DNA of 64,000 nt, from positions 496,001 through 560,000 of the forward strand of contig OZ025652.1 in NCBI GenBank assembly GCA_964019335.1, given 5' to 3'. Shown piece by piece: positions 62,844-64,000 of this stretch. The notes beneath the pieces were generated by a model. That model saw nothing but the letters and a program-made list of their open reading frames with translations, was not told the DNA's origin and ran no database searches. Numbering within the stretch: position 1 is the first letter of the stretch; each line of letters opens with the position of its first letter. The position numbers were made by a program, and so were the translations under genes. This DNA is from Diplonema japonicum (taxonomy: Eukaryota > Protista > Euglenozoa: Diplonemea).

Positions 62844-63288
62844 GGGGGGTCCGAATAATCCCTTTATTTGGGCAGTGGAGGGGGGGTGTTTGGGCTCCAA
62901 AAAAAAAGAATTATTTGGAATACACTTGTTTGGGTTGTACTTATTTGGGCTGGAGGGCCTGCCACATGGAAAGGAGGGAGCGGCTTATGGTGGTGTGGTC
63001 CCTGTTCAAAAATGCAAAAGAATTGCCCATGAGTGCCCAAAACCAGGCGGAAATCGACTTTTTGGTCAAAAAAGGGGTGTATACATGGGTTAGGTAGGCT
63101 AGTACCCTGCACAGGCGGACTGAGAAAAACCCGTTACCACCATGTGACCCCCCGGTCCCCCTAAAAAAAAAAAAGAAAGGTGGTCGGGAATTATTTGGGA
63201 AATTTGGAGCGGAAAAATCTCCGGAAAAAAAAAGAATTATTTGGGAAAAAACACATTATTTGGGAGGGAATTATTCGGACCCCCCCCC
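62844..63288. mobile_element. ~445-bp MITE-like element with G-rich TIRs
   Basis: GGGGGGTCCGAATAATCCC at the left end and GGGAATTATTCGGACCCCCC at the right end, with internal repeated TTATTTGG(G) motifs. Homopolymers obscure any TSD. Confidence 0.65.
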
Positions 63289-64000
63289 TTTAGATGAAAG
63301 TGAAAACAAAGAAAAATGAGTTAGACTTGACAGAGCTATTAGAAGGAAAAAAAAAAAAAAAAACAGGCGAAGGGGGAAAACGGTGTAAGACAGTCATATC
63401 GATAACTTAGTTTATAGAAGGGAAGATGGCAAGGGGAGAGGACAGGGAAGAAAAAAAAAAAATAATCAATGCAAAAACAGGTCCAAATTCATTTATTTGT
63501 GCCAGGTCCTCAACTTCAAAGGGTAGACATTGGAAGGGGGTCCCGATAGCAATAATAAGAGAAAAGGAATCCTGTTTTCGTGGGCAGAAGAAGAAAAAAA
63601 AAGGGGGGGGAAGGTGCGACAGTTTTGCAAGAATGAGTCCTATCTAAAGACTTATCTAAACAAAAGGTAAGTGGAACATTGATAAGGTTCCTTTCTTTTC
63701 CTCCCCCCTCTAAGTTAAAAGGACAAAAAGCTATTTGTTTGTTTGTTTGTTTGTTTGTTAGTTTTCAATAAATCGTTAATTTGGTCCTTTGGGGAAAGAA
63801 AAGGCTCGAAAACACACATCTCGTACGATACCCGAATACAAATAAAAGGGGGGGGGAATTGAAACCATCGAGCTGCTCATCAGAACTAACTTGCCGTCCT
63901 TATGCCAACAAATAAGACTTTTAAACCAAAAGGGTATTACAATAAGTAAGGCCGCCTTCAATTGCAATAATTAAACTCTACCTTGTTAGGAGGGCTTTAC

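Noticed and set aside
63420-64000. Possible gene fragment at the right edge
   Set aside because: Only short ORFs without recognisable motifs, so no call can be supported.

Overview
Eukaryotic nuclear DNA, most consistent with a euglenozoan protist, probably a diplonemid. This is inferred from a PDZ-containing TOR, the one-strand gene order and tiny GT-AG introns. All ~19 credible protein genes lie head-to-tail on the minus strand, with gaps as short as 83-134 bp, as in a polycistronic cluster. In window order they are: IP3 receptor (partial), IQ-motif protein, ATP-grasp protein, VPS35, LTV1, SAMTOR/BMT2-type protein, WDR90, an unknown protein, a 2986-aa TOR with a PDZ insert, a coiled-coil protein, a ParB-like/SENP8 fusion, LPAAT, a tandem ADF-H protein, a DOMON surface protein, a ~2430-aa IQ-repeat protein, GST-zeta, a cNMP-binding protein, a COMM-domain protein and an RRM/coiled-coil protein. 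I reconstructed 18 micro-introns (31-61 nt) by hand; they join the broken ORFs. Non-coding DNA is largely homopolymer runs. Mobile DNA comprises a degenerate APE-type non-LTR retrotransposon (2A-like peptide, AUGA stop-start), a pogo/Tc2-like transposon, two TIR MITEs and two near-identical copies of a 574-bp element with a strand-specific ssDNA-type hairpin. There is a 200-N assembly gap at 13477-13676. All family assignments are by motif recognition from memory, not database searches.
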